From Rhodoferax sp. (GTDB lineage: Bacteria > Pseudomonadota > Gammaproteobacteria > Burkholderiales > Burkholderiaceae_C), in NCBI GenBank assembly GCA_030833685.1, contig JAURGS010000001.1, positions 1-41,573 on the forward strand: a stretch of DNA of 41,573 nt, in the 5' to 3' direction. Positions within the stretch are counted from its first letter, which is position 1. Every line of letters starts with the position of its first letter. Positions 1-9,480 of this stretch are shown here, one piece after another. A program made the position numbers and the translations under genes. The notes under the pieces were generated by a model. The model was not told the DNA's origin. It was given only the letters and a program-made list of their open reading frames with translations, and searched no databases.

Positions 1-168
1 CAGGAGCTGGACAAGTTTCCCGCTCTGCAGGCGTGGCACGATCGCATCCAGGCGCGACCAGCTACCCAAAAAGCCTACGACCTGGTCAAGAAGATCAACA
101 CGAAACCGACGGTGAACGAGGCCTCTCGCCAATTGTTGTTTGGGCAGGATGCCAGCAGCGTGCGCTAG
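1..168 (+). CDS. C-terminal fragment of a glutathione S-transferase (YfcG/YghU-like), truncated by the window edge
   Basis: Frame 1 reads QELDKFPALQAWHDRIQARPATQKAYDLVKKINTKPTVNEASRQLLFGQDASSVR then TAG at 166-168. FPxLxxWxxRIxxRPA is the typical GST C-terminal pattern. Not in the ORF track. Confidence 0.7.
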   Translation, partial: QELDKFPALQAWHDRIQARPATQKAYDLVKKINTKPTVNEASRQLLFGQDASSVR

Positions 169-215
169 CCGCGCCGCCCTGGAGGCAGCGCCGCATATGC
201 GGGGCACCTACGGAC

Positions 216-1211
216 TCAATTGACCCAACTGTCCAGTCTTTGCTTTAAGGGGACGGATGGGCCCGTGGACGTGAGGCCGTCGAGTTGGGTACCCATCGCA
301 GCTTCGACCTGGCTGAGTCGCAAGAGGGTGGCCGGGTGGGTGCTCAGGAGCAATTCAAACGCACCGTCCTGGGACGAGCGCGTTTGCAAACCTTGCAGGG
401 CCGCGACCAGACCGTAGGGGTCAAAGCCTGCGCGAGCCACCAGCGTGATGCCGCGCCGGTCGGCGTCGAACTCGTCTTGCTGGCTGAGGCCTTTGGTGTA
501 GACCTCGCGGCCCAGGTTGATCAACCGCTCAGAAAATCCCGCAGGCATTTTTTTCTGCAGCCGGTTCGCTACCAGTTGACCCAGCAGCCCGCTGCGCGCT
601 GACTTCTGCAGAGCCACCAAATGGTGTTTGTCGACCACATGGATCACCTCATGGGCCAGAATGGCCGCCAGCTCAGATTCGTCCTGCACACGGTTGATCA
701 AACCCCGGGTGACAAAGACAAAACCACCTGGCGCGGCGAAGGCGTTGTAGCCCTGGTCGTCAAGCACGGCGAAAGTCCAGGGCAGTTGTGGACGGCTGGA
801 ATGCAGGCTGATCCAACGCCCCAGCCGATTGACATACTGTTGCCGTTTGCGGTCGGGATCCAGCGGTTTTGCGCCCAGCAAAATTGACGACAGCTGCCGG
901 CCAATTTCAATTTCGCGCGGCTCATCAATATCTGTCAGGGAGTCGCTCAGGAGCTTGACCAGATCCTCGTCGCCCGTGGCGCTTTTGGCTGGTTTGTCAA
1001 CCAGCAGTTCTCCCACCAGATCGGCAGGTGATTTGTTTTTCCCAGGCTTGCCAGGGTTCATGAGATTGTCGAACAGGCTGTTGAGTGCTTTGGAGGCGTC
1101 TTGTGCGCTGGCCAGGCCAGACAAGCCCAAGCTCAGCAAGCCAATCGTGCTCCATAACGCCAGCTTTGTACGCAGCGCTGTGGCATTGAATTCAGTTGGA
1201 TACGACATCAT
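216..1211 (-). CDS. M48 family zinc metallopeptidase, exported, no TPR region
   Basis: NAFAAPGG..VTRGL, ELAAILAHEVIH (HExxH), EFDAD and LSTHP motifs; N-terminal signal peptide. Confidence 0.85.
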   Translation of the reverse strand: MMSYPTEFNATALRTKLALWSTIGLLSLGLSGLASAQDASKALNSLFDNLMNPGKPGKNKSPADLVGELLVDKPAKSATGDEDLVKLLSDSLTDIDEPREIEIGRQLSSILLGAKPLDPDRKRQQYVNRLGRWISLHSSRPQLPWTFAVLDDQGYNAFAAPGGFVFVTRGLINRVQDESELAAILAHEVIHVVDKHHLVALQKSARSGLLGQLVANRLQKKMPAGFSERLINLGREVYTKGLSQQDEFDADRRGITLVARAGFDPYGLVAALQGLQTRSSQDGAFELLLSTHPATLLRLSQVEAAMGTQLDGLTSTGPSVPLKQRLDSWVN

Positions 1212-1771
1212 GGCGACTGCGCGGAGCCAGCAGGTGGTGGTGGGACGGGTAGCTCAGCGACCTGGCGTGCGCGAAGGCCTAGCTGCGCGGCAAAAGCGCG
1301 GGCGTTTTGGTCGCTGGCCCGGTAGCCTTGTGCGCGGGTGAGTTCGGCAGGATTGGGTTGGGCGTTGGCAATCTCCTCAGCGCCCAGACCCCGAATGCCC
1401 AGGGTTGCTGTCGCACCGCCTGCGGGCTTTTTGGCGCCAGCGCCGAAAAGACTGGTGAGCCCCCGCAGGGCATCGGTGGCGGCGTTGCCAGCGGCGTTGG
1501 GCGGCGCGTTCTCAGTAGCACCGATGTCAAACATGCGTACCCAGCCTGTTTGATCCTGCGCGGTCTTGATCTGAACATATGCACCTTGACGCTCCTGCAG
1601 GCGTAGCACTTGTGAGCCGGCCTCCAACTGGCGCAAGACGGCGCCGTCAGCGGATGCTTCCTGCCTGAGCTCGGTCGCCTTTAAAACCTGCATGGTCTGC
1701 GACCAGGCACTTTGCAGCCCCAAGGCCATGATCAGTGCGCTCAGCTTCACCAGCATGTGCACGCCTTTCAT
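1208..1771 (-). CDS. Exported SH3-domain protein
   Basis: Signal peptide, SH3b-like segment (LRQEAS...RQGAYVQIKT...GWV), C-terminal ATLGIRGL motif; ATGA overlaps with both neighbours. The start may be the later ATG at 1756. Confidence 0.72.
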   Translation of the reverse strand: MKGVHMLVKLSALIMALGLQSAWSQTMQVLKATELRQEASADGAVLRQLEAGSQVLRLQERQGAYVQIKTAQDQTGWVRMFDIGATENAPPNAAGNAATDALRGLTSLFGAGAKKPAGGATATLGIRGLGAEEIANAQPNPAELTRAQGYRASDQNARAFAAQLGLRARQVAELPVPPPPAGSAQSP

Positions 1772-2223
1772 GTCTTGGCCTCAAAGCATGAGGCCTGATC
1801 AACCCTCACGCCAGGCGCTCCCTCCGTTAAGCGGCGCTTGAACTCGTCGCTCAAGGTCACTTTTTGGTGCGACTGGGCATGCACCATAACGTAGACCAAC
1901 TCGGCCTGCGCAAGCGCTTTGTCGTCTTGCGCCTGCGCATAACGAATATGCAGGGAAAAAGAGGTGTTTCCAACTTTTGCGGGTGTGATTTGCAGTACCA
2001 CAACGTCATCAAAGCGCGCGGGCGCACGCCAGTCGATGGCAAAGCGTACAACCTGGGTATCCAGGTTTTGAGCCAGCAAAGCCTTGACCCCGCCGAACAG
2101 GCAGCGCAGGTATTCGGTGACGGCCAGATCGGCGTAATCGGCGTAACGGGCGTTGAAAACGACTTGCTGTGCATCGCATTCGCCGTAGCGCACGCGGAGT
2201 CGGAATTCAAATGGCGAGGACAT
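1768..2223 (-). CDS. Acyl-CoA thioesterase (4HBT/YbgC hotdog family)
   Basis: RVRYGECDAQQVVFNARY motif; start trimmed to MSSPFEF (ATG at 2223) from the longer ORF-track call. Confidence 0.85.
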   Translation of the reverse strand: MSSPFEFRLRVRYGECDAQQVVFNARYADYADLAVTEYLRCLFGGVKALLAQNLDTQVVRFAIDWRAPARFDDVVVLQITPAKVGNTSFSLHIRYAQAQDDKALAQAELVYVMVHAQSHQKVTLSDEFKRRLTEGAPGVRVDQASCFEAKT

Positions 2224-2254
2224 GATGATCTGCTGTGGGACTGGACAAGTAAGT

Positions 2255-2806
2255 TTAAAAGCTCGAACCAGGCTGCTTGAGAAACTCGATTTCCTGCGGT
2301 GACGAAATCCGACCGAGTACCGCGTTGCGATGGGGGTACCGACCGAACTGGTCGATGATGGCCTTATGACGCATTTCAAAGTCCAAATTTGACGCGGGCG
2401 TGTGCTCGGCGAACAAGGCCACAGCTCTTTCGTGGATCGCTCTGGATTCGCTGTGCATCCAGGGCATGAGCAAGAAGACCCTCTGATTGGTACTGAGTTG
2501 CGCCAAAGCCCCACTCGCTACGGCTATCTGCGACAAAGCCAGCGCTAAAGGGTCTTGCGCAAACGCTGCGGCCTGACCGCGGTAGACCTGGCGCGAGAAC
2601 TGATCAAGAACAATGATTTCGGCCAGGCGCCCCTGCGCGCTTTCCCGCCAGCTGTCGAGTTCGCTGGCTGCAGCCTGGCGCAAGACCTGGCCAAATCGTT
2701 GGCGGATTTGCTCGTCAAGCTGCGGGCTGCCTTTCCACCAGGCAGCGGGTTCGAGCTCCTCAAACCAAAATGTCAAGACGGATTGGTATGGCGTGGAATC
2801 GGTCAT
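2255..2806 (-). CDS. DUF924 family protein
   Basis: VLTFWF, IIVLDQFSR, MPWMHSE and FGRYPHRNAVLGR motifs. Confidence 0.85.
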   Translation of the reverse strand: MTDSTPYQSVLTFWFEELEPAAWWKGSPQLDEQIRQRFGQVLRQAAASELDSWRESAQGRLAEIIVLDQFSRQVYRGQAAAFAQDPLALALSQIAVASGALAQLSTNQRVFLLMPWMHSESRAIHERAVALFAEHTPASNLDFEMRHKAIIDQFGRYPHRNAVLGRISSPQEIEFLKQPGSSF

Positions 2807-2914
2807 GGTTCTTGCATGGTAACCCGCTTGTTTTGGGCCTGCGGGCCAAGCAGTGCGTATGATGCGCCGGTTTGAAATGCCAGTTGTCAGGCCTGGGGAA
2901 AAAGGTGGTCGCGT

Positions 2915-3745
2915 ATGTCAGTCTTTGAAGAACGCAAAATTGATTGCCATTGCCATGTGCTCGACCCCGCACGTTTTCCTTACGCTGCAGATGTGGCCTA
3001 CCGGCCTGTGGCGCAGGAAATTGGACCGGTGCACCAATACCTGCAGGTGATGGATGCCTATGGCATCGAGCGCGCCCTGATGGTTGCCCCAAACTCTGGC
3101 TACAACCTGGATAACCGTTGTTTGCTCGATGCATTGGAGCTGGGCCGTGGGCGTTTCAAAGGCATCGCGATCGTGGGCTTGGATGCCGACGTGCAGGACT
3201 TGCAAACGCTGCAGGCGCAAGGCGTGATTGGCGTGGCATTTAACCCGTCCTATCTGGGCGTTGATTTTTACAGCGCAGCCGAGCCGCTATTGCGCCGTAT
3301 GGCACAGCTAGACATGGTGTTGTCGCTGCAAGTGGAGCATGACCAGCTACTGGCTTTTTTGCCCATGCTGGCGCGCTCCGAGGTTCGGGTGTTGATCGAC
3401 CATTGTGGCCGGCCTGCCGCTGGTGTGGGTGTCCAGCAGGCCGGCTTTCAGGCCTTACTGGGCTGCGCATCCAGTGGTCGGGTGGCTGTCAAGCTTTCCG
3501 GTTTTCAAAAATTTTCCTTGCTACCGCCACCTTTTGATGATTGCCGGCCTTACCTGGATGCGTTGCTTGACGCATTCACTCTGGACGCCTGCCTGTGGGC
3601 GAGTGATTGGCCTTATTTGCGCCCTGCGCACCGCCTTGATGTGGGCCCTTTGCTACGCCAGGTCGAGCGTCTGCTACCCAGCATGGCGGATCGGACTCGG
3701 CTGTTTTGGGACACGCCCAAGCGCTGGTTGGGGTTTGCGAACTAG
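2915..3745 (+). CDS. Amidohydrolase_2 family enzyme (LigI/lactonase or lactone-isomerase-like)
   Basis: IDCHCH, IDHCGRP, VKLSG and WASDWP motifs. Confidence 0.82.
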   Translation: MSVFEERKIDCHCHVLDPARFPYAADVAYRPVAQEIGPVHQYLQVMDAYGIERALMVAPNSGYNLDNRCLLDALELGRGRFKGIAIVGLDADVQDLQTLQAQGVIGVAFNPSYLGVDFYSAAEPLLRRMAQLDMVLSLQVEHDQLLAFLPMLARSEVRVLIDHCGRPAAGVGVQQAGFQALLGCASSGRVAVKLSGFQKFSLLPPPFDDCRPYLDALLDAFTLDACLWASDWPYLRPAHRLDVGPLLRQVERLLPSMADRTRLFWDTPKRWLGFAN

Positions 3746-3775
3746 CGGCAGCCAGTACCCTGTAGCGCATCGCGT

Positions 3776-4534
3776 CTAAAGCATAGGCATCAGGGCAAGC
3801 GCAGTTTCACGCAACAAGGGCAGCACGCGTCGCACGGCCTGCGCTGGCGACTCATTCTGGATCAGCATACTCACGCTCAAGGCTGCCAACACGGTTCCCT
3901 TGTGGTCACGCAGCGGGACCGCTACGCCGCGGTAGTTGGGGTCGAGTTGGCGCTCAGACAGACACCAGTCTTGTTCTCGAATGGTGGCCATGTCTTGGCG
4001 CATCGCTTGGGGGTCGGTGATGGTGTAAGAGCTGAACGTTGTCAGCGGACTTGATTGCAGCCAATCGTCTACGTATTTTGGGCCTTGCAAGGCGATTAAC
4101 AACATGCCTGAAGCGGTGGTGTGCGCCGGTACCCGGGCACCCAGGGCAAAGCTGGTATTCATGCTTCGGTTTTGACCGTTTCGCGCCACATAGACCACGT
4201 CGTAGCCATCAAGCACAGCCACGAAAGAAATTTCCTGGGTGCCAACGGCGACTCTTTGCAAGGACGGTTGCACCAGACGGGGCAGGCGGGCTGACTCCAG
4301 GTAGGCCTGGCCCAGGCGCATCACCTTCGGTGTCAGCCAGTAAAGCTTGCCGTCGCTGGCGGCGTAGCCCAGATGCTGCAGGGTGAGCAAATAACGCCGA
4401 GCAGCGGTTCGGGTCAGTCCGCAGCGTTGGCTAACCTGGCTGGCGGTTAACCGTGAATGTGCCTCGTCGAAGGCCTGAATCAAGGACAAGCCTTTGTCTA
4501 GACCAGCAATCCAGTCTCGTCGGTGTAGGCTCAT
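3776..4534 (-). CDS. IclR family transcriptional regulator, PcaR/PobR/PcaU subgroup
   Basis: DWIAGLDKGL...GLTRTAARRYLLTL HTH; LGARVPAHTTASG effector domain; start taken at MSLHRRDW (4534). Confidence 0.9.
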   Translation of the reverse strand: MSLHRRDWIAGLDKGLSLIQAFDEAHSRLTASQVSQRCGLTRTAARRYLLTLQHLGYAASDGKLYWLTPKVMRLGQAYLESARLPRLVQPSLQRVAVGTQEISFVAVLDGYDVVYVARNGQNRSMNTSFALGARVPAHTTASGMLLIALQGPKYVDDWLQSSPLTTFSSYTITDPQAMRQDMATIREQDWCLSERQLDPNYRGVAVPLRDHKGTVLAALSVSMLIQNESPAQAVRRVLPLLRETALALMPML

Positions 4535-4583
4535 GGTGGAAATGTCCAGATCATGCCGGTGCACGAGGGATTACCCTGTAATC

Positions 4584-4619
4584 GTTTGATTATCGAACAA
4601 TTTTGTTCGTTAATCGCGC
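4584..4619. promoter_or_regulatory. Tandem PcaR/PobR-type IclR operator boxes
   Basis: GTTTGATTATCGAAC (4584-4598) and GTTCGTTAATCGCGC (4605-4619) both resemble the GTTCGATAATCGCAC-type PcaR/PcaU operator. They lie between the IclR gene and the divergent ABC operon. Confidence 0.68.
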
Positions 4620-4735
4620 ATATGAGGAGATTTTCCTCGCCAGAGAACTTGTGCTCACTTAAAGTCCACACACCTTGCATCTCCCACGGTTGGTGCAGGT
4701 CGTTTTTCTTTGACCCAGAACCAGGAGATTTACCC

Positions 4736-5866
4736 ATGAAACATGCCACTTTCAAACTTGTTGCTCTGGCGGGCTTGTTGGCCCTTGGCGGCTTAGCCCA
4801 GGCTCAGGCGATCAAGATCGCCAACATCGTCGAACTCTCGGGCCCTGGCACCACCTCAGGTACCTTTTTTGACAACGGTGTGAAGCTGGCGGTCAAAGAA
4901 ATCAACGCAGCGGGCGGTATTTTGGGTAAACAGATTGATCTGACATCGGAAGACACCCAGACCAATCCGGGTGTGGCCAAAGGCTTGACTCAAAAAGCGG
5001 TTGACAACAATGTATTCGCGATATTTGGCCCGGTGTACAGCGGCTCGATCATGGTTTCAATGGCTGAGAGCAAACGCGCCAAAGTGCCCAACTTCACTGG
5101 CGGCGAGGGCGCAGCCGTGACCCAGCAGGGCAACCCCTATGTGTTTCGCACCTCGTTTGGTCAAAGCGTGTCCTTCCCCAAGGTGGCACGTTACATCAAC
5201 CAGAAATCCAAGAACCTGGTGGTGATCTATGTGAACAATGACTTTGGTAAAGGCGGGCGCGACACCATTCGTAAATTGCTCGATGGCAGCCCAACCAAGA
5301 TCGTCGTCGACATCTCGACAGACCAGGGCCAGGTGGATTTTTCTGCTGCGGTTTTGCAAGCCAAGCGCAGCAACGCGGATGCCATGTTTGCTTACGTGAA
5401 CGAAGAAGAATCGGCTCGTCTGTTGCGTGAGTTGCGCAAACAAGGCTGGGACAAGCCCATTATTGGCGAGACGACGCTGACCGGACAGAAAGTGATTGAG
5501 CTCGCTGGTGATGCCGCCAACGGCGCCATGGCCCACGTGGGTCTGACCGTCGAGGCGCCACAGCTGAAGGGCTTTGGCGACAAGTACAAGGCGGCCTACA
5601 ACTCGGTTCCTGATCACAACGGCGTGAAGGGCTATATGGGTATGTACACCTTGAAGGCAGCGATCGACAAAGTGGGCAAGCTCGATCGTGAGGCAGTGGC
5701 CGCCGCCTTGCGCAACACCTGCTACGACGCCAAAGCCAACCCCGGCATTCTGATGAGCGTTTGCTATGACGACAAAGGCGACCTCGACCGTGAGAGCTTC
5801 ATGGTGCAGGTCAAGGCAGGCCGCGGTGAGGTCGTAGAGACGTTACCTCCCCTGGGCAAGAAATAA
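4736..5866 (+). CDS. Liv/HAAT-family ABC transporter substrate-binding protein
   Basis: AGGAGA RBS before ATG 4736; signal peptide; AVKEINAAGGILGKQI, NPYVFRT and NNDFGKG motifs. Confidence 0.9.
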   Translation: MKHATFKLVALAGLLALGGLAQAQAIKIANIVELSGPGTTSGTFFDNGVKLAVKEINAAGGILGKQIDLTSEDTQTNPGVAKGLTQKAVDNNVFAIFGPVYSGSIMVSMAESKRAKVPNFTGGEGAAVTQQGNPYVFRTSFGQSVSFPKVARYINQKSKNLVVIYVNNDFGKGGRDTIRKLLDGSPTKIVVDISTDQGQVDFSAAVLQAKRSNADAMFAYVNEEESARLLRELRKQGWDKPIIGETTLTGQKVIELAGDAANGAMAHVGLTVEAPQLKGFGDKYKAAYNSVPDHNGVKGYMGMYTLKAAIDKVGKLDREAVAAALRNTCYDAKANPGILMSVCYDDKGDLDRESFMVQVKAGRGEVVETLPPLGKK

Positions 5867-5880
5867 ACCTCGCACGCGAC

Positions 5881-5909
5881 GATGCTGAGGCTTTGGCCTC
5901 AGCATCTTT
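5881..5909 (+). terminator. Stem-loop after the binding-protein gene (partial terminator or mRNA stabiliser)
   Basis: GATGCTGAGGC-TTTG-GCCTCAGCATC is a perfect 11-bp stem followed by only TTT, inside the operon. Confidence 0.55.
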
Positions 5910-5980
5910 GCAGACCAGGTGACCTTAGGCATTGGCCTTGTTGAGCGCTGGGTGCATTTTTTTGTTGCCTTACTCGCCGC

Positions 5981-6856
5981 ATGAGTGACTTTATTCAACT
6001 GGTGATCAGTGGAATGGCAACCGGCGCTATCTACGCGCTGGTGGCACTTGGCTTCACGTTGCTTTGGCAGGCCTCGGGCACGATCAATTTTGCCCAGGGC
6101 GAGTTCGTCATGGTTCCCGCCATCACGATGGTGATACTGATTCATTCGGGTCTGTCGACCTGGGTCAGTTTTGCCATGGCTTGCGTGCTGGGTGTCGTGG
6201 TGCTGGGCTGGGCGTTCAAGCGTGGCCTGGTTGATCCCCTGTTCAAGTTTGGGATGATGCCTATTGTTGTGGCAACCATCGGCCTGTCATTTGTGCTGCG
6301 CAATGGCGTTCGCGCCGGTTACAGCGCCGAGCCGATGCCGTTTCCCATGGTTTTTCCAGAGCAGGTGTACCGCTTCGGTGGCCTGGTGATCTCGGCCAGT
6401 GACATCGGAATACTGGTGATGGCGATGTTGCTGATCCTGGGCACTCAGGCTTTCATGAGCAAGACCGTGACTGGGCGCGCCATGCAGGCAGTCGCGCAAA
6501 ACACAGAGAGTGCCACGGTGCTGGGCATTAATGTGCCGCGCATGATTTTCTACACCTTCGCCATCAATGCGTTGTTGGCCGCATCTGCCGCGCTGCTGGT
6601 GACCCCGATTTACCTGGCCAAATTTGACATGGGTGAGTTGCTTGGGACCAAGGCTTTTTTCGCAGCGATTATTGGCGGCTTTAGCAATTCGCGCGGTGCC
6701 TTGCTGGGCGGCCTGCTGGTTGGCGTTTGTGAGAACCTGGCCGCAGCCTATATCTCTCCGGCCTACAAAGATGCAGTGGCTTTGCTGATTTTCATGGTGG
6801 TGATCCTGTTTCGGCCGCAGGGGTTGCTCGGGCGCAAAGAGGAGCGCAAGGTATGA
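5981..6856 (+). CDS. Liv-type ABC permease (LivH-like)
   Basis: YALVALGFTL...INFAQGE, GRAMQAVAQN and FRPQGLLG motifs. Confidence 0.9.
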   Translation: MSDFIQLVISGMATGAIYALVALGFTLLWQASGTINFAQGEFVMVPAITMVILIHSGLSTWVSFAMACVLGVVVLGWAFKRGLVDPLFKFGMMPIVVATIGLSFVLRNGVRAGYSAEPMPFPMVFPEQVYRFGGLVISASDIGILVMAMLLILGTQAFMSKTVTGRAMQAVAQNTESATVLGINVPRMIFYTFAINALLAASAALLVTPIYLAKFDMGELLGTKAFFAAIIGGFSNSRGALLGGLLVGVCENLAAAYISPAYKDAVALLIFMVVILFRPQGLLGRKEERKV

Positions 6857-7836
6857 GCCCCCTGCGCCTCGTTCTTTGGGTGCTGGCGCTGGGGCTGATG
6901 TTGCTGGCCCCCCTGTTTTTAAAGAATTACGGCATCCATCTGTTCACCACCTGGCTGGTGTTCACGATTGCCGTGATGGGACTGAACCTGACGGTCGGAT
7001 ATGCCGGGCAAAAGTCATTGGGCCACGCCGCTTTTTTTGGTATCGGCGCCTATACCGTTGCGATCCTGATGAAAGCAGGTATCAGTTTTTGGCTGGCCTT
7101 GCCCGCAGGTGGCCTGATCTGCTTTGTGGTCGGGTTGGGCCTGGGTTTTCCAGCGCTGCGTGTGCAAACGATTTACCTAGCGTTTGCCACACTGGGATTT
7201 AATACCGCGGTTTGGCTGTTTTTGCGTAACGAAGAGTGGCTAACTGGCGGCACGTTTGGCATCAACAACATCGCCCGGCCCTTTATTGGCAGCTACAGCG
7301 TCGACGGTAACCTGCCCTACTACTACCTGGTGCTGGTTTTTATGCTGATCATGGCGTTGTTGCTGGCTGGCTTGTTGCATTCGCCATGGGGAAAGGCGTT
7401 CAAGGCGCTCAGGGACAACCCTATCCGTGCTGAGAGTCTTGGTATCGATACCCGCGCTTACACCCTGCTGAGCTTTGCAATTGGTTCAACGTATGCCGGC
7501 ATTGCGGGTGGCTTGTACGCTTGCTTGGTCGGCTTTATTGATCCTGCGCCATTCACCGTGGGCAACTCGATCATGATGTACTTGATGGTGGTCGTTGGTG
7601 GCCCTGGGTATTTCTTTGGGCCAGCACTGGGCTCGATCGTTGGCGTGATCCTGCCCGAGTGGCTGCGATTCGCGCAGGCCTGGTACCTCACGGTCTTTGG
7701 GGCTGCTGTGGTTGCCTTGATGATTTGGCTGCCTGATGGATTGCTCAGCCTGCCTGAGCGCTTGCGCGCTCGCCGGCTTGCACGAGAAGCTTCGGTCCAG
7801 CGCGCCGCTCAGACATCCGTGGTGCGCCAGCCATGA
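6853..7836 (+). CDS. Liv-type ABC permease (LivM-like)
   Basis: GLNLTVGYAGQKSLGHAAFFGIGAY, YLAFATLGF and SPWGKAFKALRDN motifs. Confidence 0.9.
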   Translation: MSPLRLVLWVLALGLMLLAPLFLKNYGIHLFTTWLVFTIAVMGLNLTVGYAGQKSLGHAAFFGIGAYTVAILMKAGISFWLALPAGGLICFVVGLGLGFPALRVQTIYLAFATLGFNTAVWLFLRNEEWLTGGTFGINNIARPFIGSYSVDGNLPYYYLVLVFMLIMALLLAGLLHSPWGKAFKALRDNPIRAESLGIDTRAYTLLSFAIGSTYAGIAGGLYACLVGFIDPAPFTVGNSIMMYLMVVVGGPGYFFGPALGSIVGVILPEWLRFAQAWYLTVFGAAVVALMIWLPDGLLSLPERLRARRLAREASVQRAAQTSVVRQP

Positions 7837-8579
7837 ACCCGCCCCTACTCAAAGTCTCAGGTGTTAGTAAGGCCTATGGTGCGATACAGGCGGTTGACGC
7901 CGTCTCGTTCGAGGTGCAGCCCGGAGAAATTTTTGGGGTGATCGGCCCCAATGGCTCGGGCAAGACGACGCTGTTTAACAGCATGCTTGGTCAGATTAGT
8001 CCTGATGCCGGTCGAATTGAACTCAAAGGTCAGGATGTCAGCAGCCTGGGGCCGCTGGAGCTCAACCGCCGCGGTGTGGGACGAACATTCCAGACCCTGC
8101 AGGTTTTTTCGAAGATGACGGTACGCGACAACTTGATCGTGGCAGCGCAAGAGCACCGAGGCAGTTTGTGGAGTCGGATGTTCGCCCCAACGGAGTCAGG
8201 GCTGGGTGAGCAAGCTGATGCCTTGTTGGCGCAGTTTCACATCAACCATGTCGCACAGAAAAAGGCGGGTGAACTGAGTTACGGCCAGCAAAAATTGGTT
8301 GACATCGCCATGGCCTTCATGAGCGCTCCTGATTTGATCTTGCTCGATGAGCCCTGCGCCGGCGTCAACCCCCACTTGGTGGAGCAAATCTCTAAGCTGC
8401 TTAAAGACCTGAACAAATCCCGAGGCGGCAGTTTTGTCGTGATCGAGCACAACATGGACTTTGTTATGGGGCTGTGCCATCGCATCATGGTCATGGTGGA
8501 AGGGCGGGTGCTGTGTGTGGGCACGCCTGACGAGGTGCGCAACAACAAAGACGTGCTCGACGCGTACCTGGGGAACTGA
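7833..8579 (+). CDS. Liv-type ABC ATPase (LivG-like)
   Basis: Walker A GPNGSGKT, RTFQ, LSYGQQK, LLDEP, IEH and AYLG. Confidence 0.9.
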   Translation: MNPPLLKVSGVSKAYGAIQAVDAVSFEVQPGEIFGVIGPNGSGKTTLFNSMLGQISPDAGRIELKGQDVSSLGPLELNRRGVGRTFQTLQVFSKMTVRDNLIVAAQEHRGSLWSRMFAPTESGLGEQADALLAQFHINHVAQKKAGELSYGQQKLVDIAMAFMSAPDLILLDEPCAGVNPHLVEQISKLLKDLNKSRGGSFVVIEHNMDFVMGLCHRIMVMVEGRVLCVGTPDEVRNNKDVLDAYLGN

Positions 8580-8580
8580 G

Positions 8581-9333
8581 GTGTCGCAATTACCACCAGT
8601 CAGTATCGAGTTCGAGCATGTGGTCGCTGGCTACAAGGACTTCATGGTGCTCAACGATCTGTCGTTCCAGGCCGCCGCGGGTGCGATTACCCTGTTGATT
8701 GGGCCCAATGGGGCGGGCAAGTCAACGGTGCTCAAGACCCTTTTTGGGCTTCTCAAGCCACGCTCAGGGCGCATCCGGCTAAACGGCGAGGACATCACTG
8801 GCGCTTCGCCAACGGCCCTGCTGGGAAAAGGGTTGGCTTTTGTGCCGCAGGGTCGCAACCTTTTTGGTCAGCTCAGTGTGATTGAAAACCTGGAGCTCGG
8901 CGGCATCACACTGGGTATGACAGAAACGCGGCGGCGTATTCCAGAGGTGCTGGAATTGTTCCCCAGGGTGCGTGAACGCTTAAGCTCACGCGCGGCGTCT
9001 CTGTCTGGTGGCGAGCAAAAACAACTAGAAGTCGGCAGAGCCTTGCTGCTGCGCCCAAAAGTACTGCTGATCGACGAACCTTCGATTGGCTTGTCGCCCA
9101 TGGTGGTGCAAGACGTTTTTAAGCTGCTTCGCCGCCTGGCCGGCCAGGGCACGACGATTTTGATGGTGGAGCAAAACGTCAAATCCGCTCTCAAGCATTC
9201 AGACGAGGCCATCGCCCTAGAGTCTGGGCGCTTGATATTGCACCGGCCCGCTGGCGAGATTCTGGCTGACCCTGGCATGGAACGCTTGTTCCTGGGTGGC
9301 GCCCACGCCGCCACATCCGCTCAAAGCGCTTGA
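8581..9333 (+). CDS. Liv-type ABC ATPase (LivF-like)
   Basis: GPNGAGKST, LSGGEQ, IDEPSIGLSP and VEQN; GTG start at 8581 immediately after the preceding stop. Confidence 0.88.
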   Translation: MSQLPPVSIEFEHVVAGYKDFMVLNDLSFQAAAGAITLLIGPNGAGKSTVLKTLFGLLKPRSGRIRLNGEDITGASPTALLGKGLAFVPQGRNLFGQLSVIENLELGGITLGMTETRRRIPEVLELFPRVRERLSSRAASLSGGEQKQLEVGRALLLRPKVLLIDEPSIGLSPMVVQDVFKLLRRLAGQGTTILMVEQNVKSALKHSDEAIALESGRLILHRPAGEILADPGMERLFLGGAHAATSAQSA

Positions 9334-9480
9334 ATTTGCGGGTCGAGAAAAAGGCCGCCATTTTCCGACGCGACTTGCTGGTAAACCCTAGGCCAAGCGC
9401 TTTGGCGAGTCACTAAAATTTTCCGGTCTGCTCAAAGGTGATCTTGCCCTGCAGCAGCCAACCCATCCAAGGATTCGACT

